A stretch of 64,000 nucleotides of DNA from Chiloscyllium plagiosum (taxonomy: Eukaryota): the NCBI RefSeq assembly GCF_004010195.1, contig NC_057751.1, forward strand, positions 1,959,305 to 2,023,304, given 5' to 3'. The notes under the pieces are model-generated. The model saw only the letters and a list, made by a program, of their open reading frames with translations, searched no databases and was not told where the DNA came from. Below are positions 13,206-25,758 of the stretch, piece by piece (position 1 is the stretch's first letter; each line of letters starts with the position of its first letter). The translations under genes were made by a program, and so were the position numbers.

Positions 13206-14149
13206 AATATTCATTGAGTAATATAATGCTCATCAGTTTGGGCATGTACCTCCAAACGTACATGATCAGGGACTTGAACAGAACAAAAGGAAGGAAATGA
13301 TGGAGTCAGCAACTTACACCATGGCTTCTGTCACTGGGATTTTCACACTATTGATCGAATTGAAAACCGTAACAAGGCAATTACATTCATTCCATCCCCA
13401 CAAAAATCATTGGTAATTCTGATTTTCCTGCACTTGAACGAGTTTGCATCCTGCTGCTACCCAAAACTTAAAATGATGGCATAAATGGCAGCGCCTAGAC
13501 CTTTAAACATGTTTTCCAGTTGGCCTATGCTCATTCACTTGGCTCCAATTAATTTTCAAAGTGTCAAAATTTATTTCCAAATATTCATTGATGCAGAATT
13601 CTACCATTGTGAAATAAAATCTTCATCAACAGATTGTTTAAGTAACCAGTCAATGCAGTTCATCGAGCACGACAGTCCAGTTTATTTCTTTCACACAAGT
13701 CTTTCGATTTCAAGCAAAGCAATCTTGGGCATTTTACCATCAACTATGAATGTTTTTTCCAAAAAATGGCAAACATATATCAGCCCATTGCAATCCAAAA
13801 TGACAAAATGAAACGGTGAACTGGCTCAGTAAATTCACCCTTTCCATGCCTGACTACAGTACATGCCTCAGCTCCACAAAATCTCAGTCGTCTTCAGTTT
13901 CCTGCAATTCTGGCTTCCTGCAAAATTACAACTGTAATGCCTTTGGCTGCCAAGCATTTCATCAGCTGTCCTGATGTATTCTACATATGTGACCTGATGT
14001 CAAAAGCTGTGAGATAAGGCATCAGTGAAGTACCTTGGAACATTTTGCATTGTTAAATTGCTTTATTGAACCTGTTAAAAGCCTTTCTTTCCTTCTTATC
14101 CAATCCTGAATATTCCTCAACATCCAGGATACATTGGGCTTGTTGCTCC

Positions 14150-14950
14150 TAAATTTCACCCTAAAGGGAAACATGTTGGGCCTGTACTCTCACCAATTCT
14201 GCTTTGAATGTCCCCCCCCCCCCGGCCCCACACTTTTTCTGCTGTAGATTTCCCTGTGAGTAGCTGTTCACAGTTACCTTGGCCAGATCCTGCCTTATTC
14301 CCCCAATCTGAAATGCAGACCATCTTCTTCGTTTTCCAAATCACACTTGAAATATGGAATGTTGTGGTCATTTTTACTAAAATGCTCCCCAATACCACCT
14401 CAACCACCAGCTTCATTCCCCAGAGTTTGCGGCTTCCCTTGTTGGACTTTCTGCATGTTGATGCATAAAGTTCTCTTAAATACATTTCTCAAGAAATCTG
14501 TCACCTTGAAACCTTTTACACTATTTTTATCCCAATTAATGATAGGGAAGTTGAAGTCCCCTAATATAATTACCTGATAGTTGTTTTTATATACTTCAAT
14601 GAATTGGTCTATCTTGCTGCTTCTCTACTGCCTGCATGGGGTCCAAAAATACACTCCTAACAGTGTGACTGCCTCCTTTTTATTCATAAGCTCTACCCTC
14701 AAAGACTTCCAAGATATTGTCTCTTCTTATTGCAACAACTGACTCAAGATCACCTTGGTTTTTACATCTCCTGTCCTGCCTGAAGATCCTATATCCTGAA
14801 ATGTTGAGTTGCCAGTCCTGCTCCACCCTGAAATGGCAACAACATCACAATTCTATGTGTCAATCCACAAACTCTTAACTATCTGTCTTACCTATAATTC
14901 TCCTAGCATTAAAGAAGAGGCCATCAGCCTCACCTTACTCCCTTGAAATT
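14150..14950 (-). mobile_element. CR1 LINE APE-endonuclease fragment, decayed
   Basis: Minus strand near 14530-14575 reads VIILGDFNFPIINWD. A further decayed LINE 3' fragment follows to about 15380. Confidence 0.75.
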
Positions 14951-16204
14951 CAACATTCCCAAAATTCACAACGCTTTTCAGGGAAAGAAATTCCTTCTTA
15001 TCACAGACCTGAATGGCTGATACCTTACCCTAAGACTGCGGCCTCGTTCCCAACACTGTGAGCAGTGGAAACATATGCTCAGCATCTAACCTGTCATGTT
15101 TGTTAAGACCTATTCACTTTTTCTTGATAGGACATCCTTTCCATCCATGAAATCAATCTGTTGTGACCCCTCACACATCCAGCCTTTTTTCAAGGACCCT
15201 AAATTGTACACAGTACTCCAGGTTTGATCTCTATGAAGGTCTGCATAATTGCAGAAGGATTCCCTAACTGTTAGATTTCAACAGCCCCATCTTTGCAGGA
15301 AAGGCTAACATATCATTTGTCTTCCTAATTGTTTGCTGTACCTTCATGCGAACTTTATGTACTCCGATCATGGAATGTGTTAAACCCTTCTGATTCTTGG
15401 GTGAATGTGATCACGGAGCAAAGCAATTATGCAACAAAGCACCAAGAAACAATTAAGTGCTTCATTGGAGAGGTCGAATAAGAACGCGCCTGAGAAAGAA
15501 TGAACATGACAGGTTATTACCATCCATCCCCCTCTGCAATTCTGCAGAGTAGCAGTGCCAAAGGTTGTTCAGTTGAGTACACCAGGGACAAAACCAATTG
15601 CAGAGAAAAGCAGTTAGTGTCTTCATCCTTCATAATTTAAATTAGTATTAGCAATGATCGCTGGATTTAATTTTGAGTAAGAAACATAAAATTATATTTT
15701 TAACATTTCTCTATTTTCATTTTCCCCAGTGCAGTTTCACTAATCTTCCAGCGAGGAAACTCTTCAATTACTAACATTAGGTTAATAAGTTTCCAATTTG
15801 CAGCCAGCAGCTATATTCTGAATGAGAATGAAACAAGTTCAGGTGAAGGGGGCCTTTGGACTGTTATATTTTCTCTGTCCAGAATACCAATTTCATTGTA
15901 CTATTATGAGTCAGTAGTGTTGGTTAATGTCTCCTCAGTAGGATGGCAACCCTGAGAGTGCAGCACTGGACCATCAAATTTAACTCTATTTTCTCTCCAC
16001 TGATGCCACCAGACTAGTTGTGTTTGCCCAGAATTGTGTTTTTGTTTCAGATTTCCAGCATCCACAGTTGTATTTTGGTGAGGGATTAACTGCCCTTGAT
16101 CAAAATCTCCTTGGATCCCAAATGGACAAATTTGTTCTTTGTATGTTAGTTGGATTTAATTGCGTAGAGGTATTGGCATTCACTGAGTTCCATGTACACA
16201 AACA

Positions 16205-16320
16205 TGGGGCTCTTGTGGTGTAGTTGCAATGTCCCTGCCCCTAAACCAGGAGGCCTGGGTTCAAATCCCAACTAATCCAGAAGTGTGCCATAATATCCCT
16301 GAAAAGGTTGATGCAAAAAG
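16205..16320 (+). mobile_element. tRNA-derived SINE head
   Basis: A-box-like tggtgtagttg and B-box ggttcaaatcc; no full cloverleaf. Confidence 0.6.
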
Positions 16321-17811
16321 AACACTGTATGCAGACACAGTCCTCAAGTATGATTGTTGGAGCTAAGAGGTGTTGATTTGAAATGAGTAACTGACTAAAT
16401 AAATATAGATGTGTATAAAGGTTTCTCCAGGTCTATTGCTCACAAACTGAATTCCTGGAAATGAATAAGAGTCAAAATCAGTTGACAAGGATCTAACAGA
16501 TTTGTTTGCAAAGTTGGGCAACTAACTTGGAGTGTTGGAGAAGATATTGGAGACATCAGCAGCATGGTCCTAGTTACCTGAAAATACGGTGCAATGTGGG
16601 TGATTTTATTTTGCCTGAAGATATGAAATCAGATTGATACTGCACTCATTACCTTTCACAGATTTAAATTGGACTAACATTCTTTCACTAATGACATCAG
16701 AGGATTATTGCAAATCTGGAGATTTTTGCTCCAATTTTTACAACATCTCTTTTTAAATGTGAAAGCTCGAACTTTATATGTGAAAGACATTTACATTTAA
16801 AATGTGTGACACCATCAGGGATGTGCTAATTCAATCATGTATTATTAATTCATTTAATTCCAGTGATATCATTAATCAAAAAGTAATGTTTCACCCATGG
16901 ATTTAATAATGCACTTTGGTAATGGGCTTTGTATGCCCTCAGAATGTTTTCAGGTGCCCATGTTGCTTTTTTAAGTTGTTTGATCATGTTTTACAAAAAA
17001 AAGTTGGTATCGTTGCTGATTGATATTATTGATGTGCGTCAGAGCCCTTCGTATTTAATTCATTTTTAAGAGTCATTTGGCAAGGTGAGCATTTATTGTT
17101 CATTGTGACGGACCCCAAGAAGGTAGTTATACAAATGAGAAGCTTGAATCGCGTGTCAGAAGCCACTTCATAAATGGAGCTATTTATCACTTCAAAAGGT
17201 CCCTGCTTAGGATCTGCTCGAAGATAAAAGCAAGGGGCATGGATTCAGGGTATACCATGGCAGTGAGATTGGCAAGTGGATATTGGGTAGGGAATGGGGG
17301 AACTGATAGTCAGTGATGGAGGATGGCACAGAATGGGATGAATTTAATAACATTTCAAAGATCCGGAAAGGCAAGTTGGGGCCAGGTGCCTGAAATGATG
17401 TTATGTGATTTCAGACAGCCATGGGATGGAAAAGAGATGGAAATATGTGACAGAGAAGAGAGATGCAGTGGAAATAGGGAGAATGGGATGAGAGTTGAGG
17501 TAAGGGATTGGGGGCAAGAGTTCAGATATATGGGTTATGGTTGAGATGCATAAGCAAGGGGTTTTGCATGGGGAGCTCATATTGGAAATTGGGGCCAAGA
17601 TAGTACATATGGTCTGAGGTGAAATATATAGGGAGTAGAATTGAGCCGATGTCATCAATTTTGCATTGAGGTGCTTGACATAGTTGGTTGGTAATATTAG
17701 CAGGACAGATGATTTTCAGACATCAACTGGCAATGCAAGTAACAGGTGTAGGACACAGTGCAGGAATGATGGAAGTTTGTCATTAGCAAGTAACATGAGC
17801 AAAGGATAGGG

Positions 17812-18062
17812 ATTGAGGGGTGACAGATATAGGACAGACGTCAGAGGTAGTTTCTTTACTCAGAGAGTAGTAGGGGTGTGGAATGAACTGCCTGCAACAG
17901 CAGTAGACTCGCCGACTTTAAGGGCATTTAAATGGACATTGGATAGGCATATGGACGAGAATGAAATAGTGTACGTTAGATGGGTTTCAGATTGGTTCCA
18001 CAGGTCAGCACAACATCGAGGGCCAAAGGGTCTGTATTGCACTGTAATGTTTCATGTTCTAT
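17812..18062 (+). mobile_element. CR1 3' end
   Basis: RGDRYRTDVRGSFFTQRVVGVWNELP, then 3' UTR ending atgttctat. Confidence 0.9.
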
Positions 18063-18117
18063 TTATCTGACTATTTAGGATAGAGTTCAGTTATTCATAT
18101 TCAAATTCTTTGATTTT

Positions 18118-18722
18118 ATAGAACATAGAACATTACAGCACAGTACAGGCCCTTCAGCCCTCGATGTTGTGCCGACCTGTCATACCAATCTGAATCCCAT
18201 CTAACCTACACTATTCCATGTACGTCCATATGTTTGTCCAATGACGACTTAAATGTATTTAAAGTTGACGAATCTACTACCGTTGCAGGCAAAGCATTCC
18301 ATACCCCGACTACTCTCTGAATAAAGAAACTACCTCTGACATCTGTCCTGTATCTATCACCCCTCAATTTAAAGCTATGCCCCCTCATGCTCGCCGTCAC
18401 CATACTTGGAAAAAGGCTCTCCCTGTCCACCCTACCTAACCCTCTGATTATCTTATATGTCTCTATTAAGTCACCTCTCAACCTTCTTCTCTCCAACGAA
18501 AACAGCCTCAAGTCCCTCAGCCTTTCCTCGTACGACCTTCCCTCCATACCAGGCAACATCCTAGAAAATCTCCTCTGCACCCTTTCCAAAGCTTCCACAT
18601 CCTTCTTATAATGCAGTGACCTGAACTATATACAATACTTCAAGTGCAGCCGCACCAGAGTTTTGTACAGCTGTAGCATAACCTCATGGTTCCAGAACTT
18701 GATCCCTCTATTAATAAAAGCT
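18118..18722 (-). mobile_element. CR1 3' end, same subfamily as 17812-18062
   Basis: ORF 18206-18598 ALERVQRRFSRMLPG...RGHSFKLRGDRYRTDVRG; (atagaac)n tail on +. Confidence 0.93.
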
Positions 18723-19599
18723 AAATTTTTACTCAGTAAAGTCCATCTGAACCAAACTATGAATCTTGTGGCTTCAGGCCTTTCATATATATCTCAGGTT
18801 TTGGATTTGAAATAAAAATAAAAAACATTATTCGTCTTTACAGAGATAATTAAAATATTTGTCAGCCAATAGGAACAGATAGTGTGGTGGAAAACATCAT
18901 GCCACAAATTTTAACTCCCTACCCACAATTTCATACAGATTATCACCTGCCCTCACAGTTTACTCCTCTACTCCTAATCCCTGACCTCTACTCCTTAAAA
19001 ACTATGAGCCAGAACAATATTAACTGTTGATTTACACATACTGGATCATTGTCATCATTAGGAGAAAGTTACTCATTGTAATCATGAAAGTCATTGAGCA
19101 GGAAACTCAGTTTCACTTTGACACATTGGTCCTCAAAGACAATTAAGAGAAATATAAAGATGTTGGGACAATGCAAATATCTTCAGACATTCATGAGTTG
19201 CAGCCACGGCCATGTGTGCATTCAGCAAGATTTCCATGTGATCCGACAGTCATTTCACTTCTCAAATCAGTAACTTGTTAAGCATGAACCTTTGAGGGCA
19301 TGGGAAGAAATAGAGTTCCAATGGCTCCAAGAAATTTAGTTCTGTTCAAATAGTCAAATGTCACAGCCAAAATGTAACAGAGAGATTTGGTTTGGAAAAT
19401 CATCTCATTAAACTTTATGTCAATGCACATTTATGGGAGAAAACATAGGATAAGCATGAACTTGTATCCCAATTATTACCTTCCACACCGTCCACCCCCC
19501 CACCAATGACGCATAGTGACAGGAGCATCTCCCTTACACGAAATGTAATGCAATGATTCACAAGGGTATCTTTAACCCATCTTTCAAAGCCTTGCCCTC

Positions 19600-19818
19600 T
19601 ATCATCTTGAAGGACAAGGGGAGCAGATATATGGAAACTCCACTAACTGCAAGTTCCTCTCCAAGCCAAACACTACCCTAACTTGAACTATGTTGCTGTT
19701 CTTCACTGTTGACCACATGGGCTGCAGAAGCACATCAAATTCTCAAAGGCAATTAAACATGATTGATAAATGCAACAATGGCTAATGATGCTCAAATCTT
19801 AAGAATGAATACAAAAAG
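19600..19818 (+). mobile_element. Decayed LINE/SINE 3' tail
   Basis: ctgcaagttcctctccaagcc...ggcaatta...aaatgc...aatgaatacaaaaa; related tails at about 540-600, 40790-40860 and (minus) 63490-63580. Confidence 0.55.
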
Positions 19819-20369
19819 TACCAAGCCATAATCTCACTGAACAGTGGAATGGATTCCAAGGGCTAAATGGTCTGCTCTTATCCCTTGGTAAAGCTTCAAT
19901 CCATACCTGTTATATCTATGATTGCTCAAGTTGTGATGGTGTTCTGGTTCAGAATGCACTCACCAACAAGGACACAGCTCAAAAGCTTATCCCTTTCGAA
20001 ATATACAAACCATTAATTTGGAAGTAGGTTAAACCAGCGATTGTCTGGATTTAAGGGGCATATACTGACATGGCTTTAGGCCTACGTAGCTCTGTGGAGT
20101 CAAGTCCAAATGCATATGATTTCAAAGCAGGAGATCAAGACATGATGTAGTTATGGTGAAGTGCATGAGAAAATAAAACATCTCCCAATGTGATTCATGA
20201 AATAGCTTGTGTATTCTGGGCTAGACCTCCAACAGTAAAAAGCCTTATAGAGCTTTGCACAGTCAATTTACTTTCTCCTCCAAGATTTGAAATGCAGCAA
20301 TGGAACAGAACTGACTGCCCTCTGTTTGCTGACTGTTCTAATCACTGTGTCAACCTCATTTTTTTGCAG

Positions 20370-20453
20370 GTAATGACCTATATGAAAACTCTCCCTATGA
20401 GCCGGTTAGCTCACGCCTGTCCGACATATTCCGACTTGCTGCAATCAGTTCAG
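20370..20453 (+). CDS. GFRA2: Internal 84-bp coding exon (phase 1-1) of a GDNF family receptor alpha gene, D1-D2 linker; GFRA2-like (GFRA1 not excluded)
   Basis: Acceptor tttttttgcAG at 20368-69, putative branch point ctaat at about 20338, donor GTaaag at 20454. Translates (G)NDLYENSPYEPVSSRLSDIFRLAAISS(G). This matches, from memory, GFRA2 GEEFYEASPYEPVTSRLSDIFRLASIFSG and GFRA1 GNDLLEDSPYEPVNSRLSDIFRVVPFIS, both 84-nt exons. Family call is strong; paralog call is about 0.6. Confidence 0.85.
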
Positions 20454-21904
20454 GTAAAGAAAATGATATTTCTCTCATCTCCTCTGAAAATATTTCCTCT
20501 TCTGAGAGAGGGGCATGAGTGTGGGATTTATCTGAGGATAAACTTCCCAGTGGTAGACTGAAAGCCACAAGATTTTCAATTCAAATGGACCACATTCCAC
20601 CGTGAAATCCCCAGGTTACTGCTGCAAATCTTGTAATCCCATGGAATCGAAATAGAACTTGATTATCTTGAATGCGAGAAAACAGTAGTCATGCTTCCAG
20701 TTGCTGCATGGGAGAGCAATATTTGAATTTACTCAACAACCTTGAGTACAATTCATCAGCAGTCCCTTCCTCCATTGAATACCACATTTCAGCAGAAGTC
20801 TAAATGATTCTAACAAGAGGACATATCGTATACTCCAAACCTAGTAAAGACAAGGCCCAGACCAATGAAAATGCTCCTCAAATTGCTCTCCAATCTTCCC
20901 TCAAATTTTCCCATGTGGAGTGGTTCATTGAACACAACTTGTTCAAGTTAGCATATTAAATTATCTGTCTCTGCCCAGCTTGGGTTCCTGACTGCTTCTT
21001 CCAGGACTTTGCCAATCTTAGAAATATGACGAAGGACTACCATTTCCTCGTTATTCTGAGGATTCTGAGCAATTGCGTAATGTTTATTGTCAATATAGGA
21101 TGGCAAAAGCAAATTAAGCAGTGGTGTTCTGAAAGACACTGGATAAATAATTTGGAAGGAAAATATTTTCAAGGCAATGGGGATAAAGTATGGAGGGTGA
21201 GGTTAATTGAATAGCTCTTTCAAAGTGTGGCATATGAATCATTCCTTGATTCTTACCTCACTTTTCTCTTCATCAGTGTTGGGAACCTCAAGATTCAAAT
21301 CATGTCAGATTTTATATTTAAGACACACAATGACTAATTTGTCAAAGCTAAGTGAACATATTCGTGACTTTTATTTCTAAGTTGGAATAGAAGCAAGCTG
21401 GGTACATTCGGCCTGGAGTGCAGTACAGATCACAGCCAGAATTAATTCCAAATCGTTCTTTTGGCAAATCAAGCTTTGCTTTTGGGGAAGGATATTTCCT
21501 CATCCTCAAATCCAAGATTTCGCCCTAATCTGAAAGTTATTGGAACATGTGAAAGACCCATTTGGCTGTCTCTCAACAGCATGCCCTTTCTAGCAACTTT
21601 AACAGAGTAAATCATCCCAAGGCAATTTCCAGGAGGGTTGTCAGACAAATGAGACAGTCCACCATTTAAAGCAAAGTTAGGGCAGGTCACCAAATGAAGT
21701 TAGGCAAATAGGTCATTTTTTTGGCAGTATTTTTGTGATAATAAAAGCATGCTATTGCAGATGTTGTAGATCTGAAATGGAAACAGGTAGTCCTGGAAAA
21801 AAAATCTTCTAGGAGAAAGTGAAGAATGCAGATGCTGGAGATCAGAGCTGAAAATGTGTTGCTGGAAAAGCGCAGCAGCTCAGGCAGCATCCAGGGAACA
21901 GGAG

Positions 21905-21940
21905 AATCGACGTTTCGGGCATGAGCCCTTCTTCAGGAAT
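21905..21940 (-). ncRNA. Minimal hammerhead ribozyme motif, core intact (PLE family A)
   Basis: Reverse complement attc CTGAAGA a GGGC tcat GCCC GAAA CGTC gatt. An equivalent intact core lies at 28608-28642 (-). Confidence 0.75.
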
Positions 21941-22064
21941 GAGGAAAGTGTGCCAAGCAGGCTAAGATAAAAGTAGGGAGGAGGGACTTGGGGGAGGGGC
22001 ATTGGAAATGTGATAGGTGGAAGGAGGTTAAGGTGAGGGTGATAAGGTGAGGGTGATAGGCCGG

Positions 22065-22907
22065 NNNNNNNNNNNNNNNNNNNNNNNNNNNNNNNNNNNN
22101 NNNNNNNNNNNNNNNNNNNNNNNNNNNNNNNNNNNNNNNNNNNNNNNNNNNNNNNNNNNNNNNNNNNNNNNNNNNNNNNNNNNNNNNNNNNNNNNNNNNN
22201 NNNNNNNNNNNNNNNNNNNNNNNNNNNNNNNNNNNNNNNNNNNNNNNNNNNNNNNNNNNNNNNNNNNNNNNNNNNNNNNNNNNNNNNNNNNNNNNNNNNN
22301 NNNNNNNNNNNNNNNNNNNNNNNNNNNNNNNNNNNNNNNNNNNNNNNNNNNNNNNNNNNNNNNNNNNNNNNNNNNNNNNNNNNNNNNNNNNNNNNNNNNN
22401 NNNNNNNNNNNNNNNNNNNNNNNNNNNNNNNNNNNNNNNNNNNNNNNNNNNNNNNNNNNNNNNNNNNNNNNNNNNNNNNNNNNNNNNNNNNNNNNNNNNN
22501 NNNNNNNNNNNNNNNNNNNNNNNNNNNNNNNNNNNNNNNNNNNNNNNNNNNNNNNNNNNNNNNNNNNNNNNNNNNNNNNNNNNNNNNNNNNNNNNNNNNN
22601 NNNNNNNNNNNNNNNNNNNNNNNNNNNNNNNNNNNNNNNNNNNNNNNNNNNNNNNNNNNNNNNNNNNNNNNNNNNNNNNNNNNNNNNNNNNNNNNNNNNN
22701 NNNNNNNNNNNNNNNNNNNNNNNNNNNNNNNNNNNNNNNNNNNNNNNNNNNNNNNNNNNNNNNNNNNNNNNNNNNNNNNNNNNNNNNNNNNNNNNNNNNN
22801 NNNNNNNNNNNNNNNNNNNNNNNNNNNNNNNNNNNNNNNNNNNNNNNNNNNNNNNNNNNNNNNNNNNNNNNNNNNNNNNNNNNNNNNNNNNNNNNNNNNN
22901 NNNNNNN
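22065..22907. other. Assembly gap (N run)
   Basis: Ns inside the PLE. Confidence 1.
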
Positions 22908-23782
22908 AATTTGAGGTCGGGGTGGAAGGTGTTAGTAAAGTGGATGAACTGTTCAACCTCCTCGTGGGAGCATGAGGCAGCGCCGATACAGTCATCGATG
23001 TAGTGGAAGAAAAGATGGGGAGTGGAAAAAAAATGAACAGGCCTGAAAGCATCTGTGTTGAGAGAAAATCTTAAAGTTTCAAGTTTCTTCTTCAGGAATT
23101 CCAGATTTTAGAAACTGGGTTGCTGAAGGTGTGACTGCCATTTGTGGGGTGATGGAAATTGTGCAGAGTGGGACAGAAAGAGAGACCTTGGTGTCAAGTC
23201 TTTGAAAGGCTACTGGATTTTCATCAGTGAGTCAGGCTTTCCAGTCCAGTGTTAAAAGTAAAGCTGTGTGAGTTTTCCATTCTGCCAACACTGAGTTGTG
23301 TTGTTGGATCGTTTGTCACTGATGTTCATATTCACATCTTCCCTTTCACTAGCCACTTTTCTGCCCAGTCAACTTTAACTGGATAAAAACAGTTGAGAAA
23401 TTATAATGGTTTCATTTAAACCAATAAAAACTACATGGAAAGCTGAATGAAGGTGAACTGAAATTATGAAAGGGCCAATTATGACACTGGCAATTAAACA
23501 AAGAAATTATTCCAGATAATTATATCTTTTTTATGATTTTCCTAGTCCCTAGATACATGATTTTAATCAAAGAACTGCTACATTTATTGGAAATCTACAT
23601 GAAAGGAACACTTTATGACAGACAAAAGTAAATTAACACACAAAGTCACAAAAAACTCAATTACTGATTCACTCACCTATCTGAAAAAAAATGTAATGGG
23701 TGAGATTCCTTTTATTACTGTAATTTGGAAACACGTACCAAAAAATGACATCTTGTTAATTTAGGCATCAGCCTCTTTCTCG

Positions 23783-24170
23783 AGTCAAAGAGATGTATAG
23801 CACGGAAACAGACCCTTCGGTCCAACTCGTTTATGCCAACAAAATATCCGAACCTAATCTCATCCCATTTGCCAGCACTTGGCCCATATTCTCTAAACCC
23901 TTCTTATTCATGTACTCATCCAGATTCCTTCTAAATGTAATAATTATACCAGTCTCTGCAGTCCTCATTTTTACCTCTTCCTATGGCAGCTGATTCCATA
24001 CATGCACCACCTTCTGCATTGCTCCTTAGGTCCCTTTTCCCCTCTCACACTAAACCTCTGCCCACTAGTTCTGGACTCCCGCACCACAGGGAAAAGAGCT
24101 TGTCCATTTAACCTTTGCATGCCCTCGTGATTTTATAAACATCATAAGGTCACCCCTCAGCCTGTGACGC
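23783..24170 (-). mobile_element. CR1 3' end
   Basis: gagatgtatagcacggaaacagacccttcgg tail and RLRGDL remnant. Confidence 0.85.
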
Positions 24171-24384
24171 TGAACTATGCTGTACAGAAAGGTGCTACCA
24201 ATTACTGAAGTAATATGAGTACTTTTAACATTCCAGGGTATAAATTTGTGCTGGGTGATATCTATGTGTAGTGCCTGATGCACAGCTTCATTTCAGTATG
24301 GTACACTCAAAGAATGAAACTTTAAAATCAAGTCTGATACTTTGGTACAGAGCAAAGAGAGTGCTGAAGTCAGGAAGTCAGTAC

Positions 24385-24466
24385 AAGGGCTTATGCCCGA
24401 AACGTCGATTCTCCTGTTCCCTGGATGCTGCCTGATCTGCTGCGCTTTTCCAGCAACACATTTCCA
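24385..24466 (+). mobile_element. 82-bp PLE family A tail fragment between 46-bp direct repeats
   Basis: Identical repeats at 24339-24384 and 24467-24512; insert begins aagggcttatgcccgaaacgtc. Confidence 0.85.
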
Positions 24467-25758
24467 ACTTTGGTACAGAGCAAAGAGAGTGCTGAAGTCA
24501 GGAAGTCAGTACTCAGGGGGTGCTGCATTGTTGAAAGATCAGTGCTGAGAAAGCTTTGGCATCGGAGAACCAAGACGAAGAGGGTGCGGTTGTAATGTCA
24601 GTGCTGAGGGAGTATTGCATTGTTAGAGGACAAAAAAACTGAACGAACCAAAGTGAACTGGCAAATTAGGTTATGGAATAGGTCAACAGAGATGGAATGG
24701 CAGACATTTAAAATTATTTTTCAGAATACACAGAACAGTTGCAGTCCAAGAAGAAAGAAAAATTCAAACAGGAAGAACCATGATCGATAGTTAACAAAAC
24801 CAGCAAAATGAAAGAGGAAGTATATTATTGTGTCAGGATGGGTGGCAGAATAGAAAAATCAGGTGAGAATGACTGAGAGATAAATGAGGAGGGAAAGATT
24901 TGAATACAAGAGAAAGCTAACGTAGAAATGTTGACAAAGCTTTAAGAATTTCAATGGATGTAAAGATGGAAATGCATTAACAAAATGAACATTGATCAGA
25001 TTAACAATGAGTCTGAGGAATTAAGCATGGAGGATAAGAAGATGGTAGATGAATTGAATAGGTATTTTGCATTGGACTTTACTGTAGAAATTATAAGGAA
25101 TATCCCAGAAATAGCTGGAAAACACGAAATGAAAGGGAGGGAGGGACTGAAGAAAATTACAAACACCAAAGAATTGGTAATGAGCAAATTATTGGAGTTG
25201 AAGGCTCACATGACCTTGGGTTTTGATGACCTTCATCCTTGGATCTTAAAGATCCTTAAGATCTTGGATCTTAAAAGAAGTGGCTAGTGTGATTGTTGGT
25301 GCATTGGCTTTAATGTTCCAAAATGTAGATTTGGGGAAGCTTCTGTTAGATTGGAAGATAGTGAATGTAATGTCTTTACTCAGATAGTGAAAAAGAAAAA
25401 GGCCAGTTTTGTTGGAGGTGCTATCAAAGACATTATAATAGGCCACCAGGAAAGGTAAAGGTAGTGTCAATGTAGTTTTGTGAAAGGAAAATGATGTTTG
25501 ACCAAAATATTGGAGTTCTTTGAGGCAGTGACATGTACTGTGCACAAAAGGAAATTGGCAGATGTATTATATTTAGATTTCCAGAAGTATTTCATAAACT
25601 GTCTCAGCAAAGGTTATTGTGAAAAGTAAAGGCCCATGGTACAAGATTGGCCAGCTGCAGGAAACAAAGAGTAAGTGTCAATGGATATCAAGAAAAATGG
25701 GAGAAGGGATCAGTGCTGGCTCAAGATTCTTTATGAATTTATACAAATTATTTCAATG

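Larger units (their letters stand above)
21806..23022 (-). mobile_element. 5'-truncated Penelope-like element (family A) spanning an assembly gap
   Basis: 12-bp TSD tggaaaaaaaat (21794-805 and 23023-34). Minus strand near 22908-23020 reads HLFFHYIDDCIGAASCSHEEVEQFIHFTNTFHPDLK (PLE RT YIDD motif). Hammerhead tail at 21905-21940. Confidence 0.9.

Noticed and set aside
20190..20561. 123-aa ORF overlapping the exon
   Set aside because: Wrong frame; the GFRA peptide is in another frame bounded by splice sites.
21880..23052. 390-aa and 318-aa ORFs (also 55337-56023 and 39821-40176)
   Set aside because: Artefacts of translating through N gaps.
25237..25275. Short tandem duplication cttggatcttaaa (also ggagcagagggt repeats near 10149-10180)
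   Set aside because: Ordinary slippage inside dead transposons.
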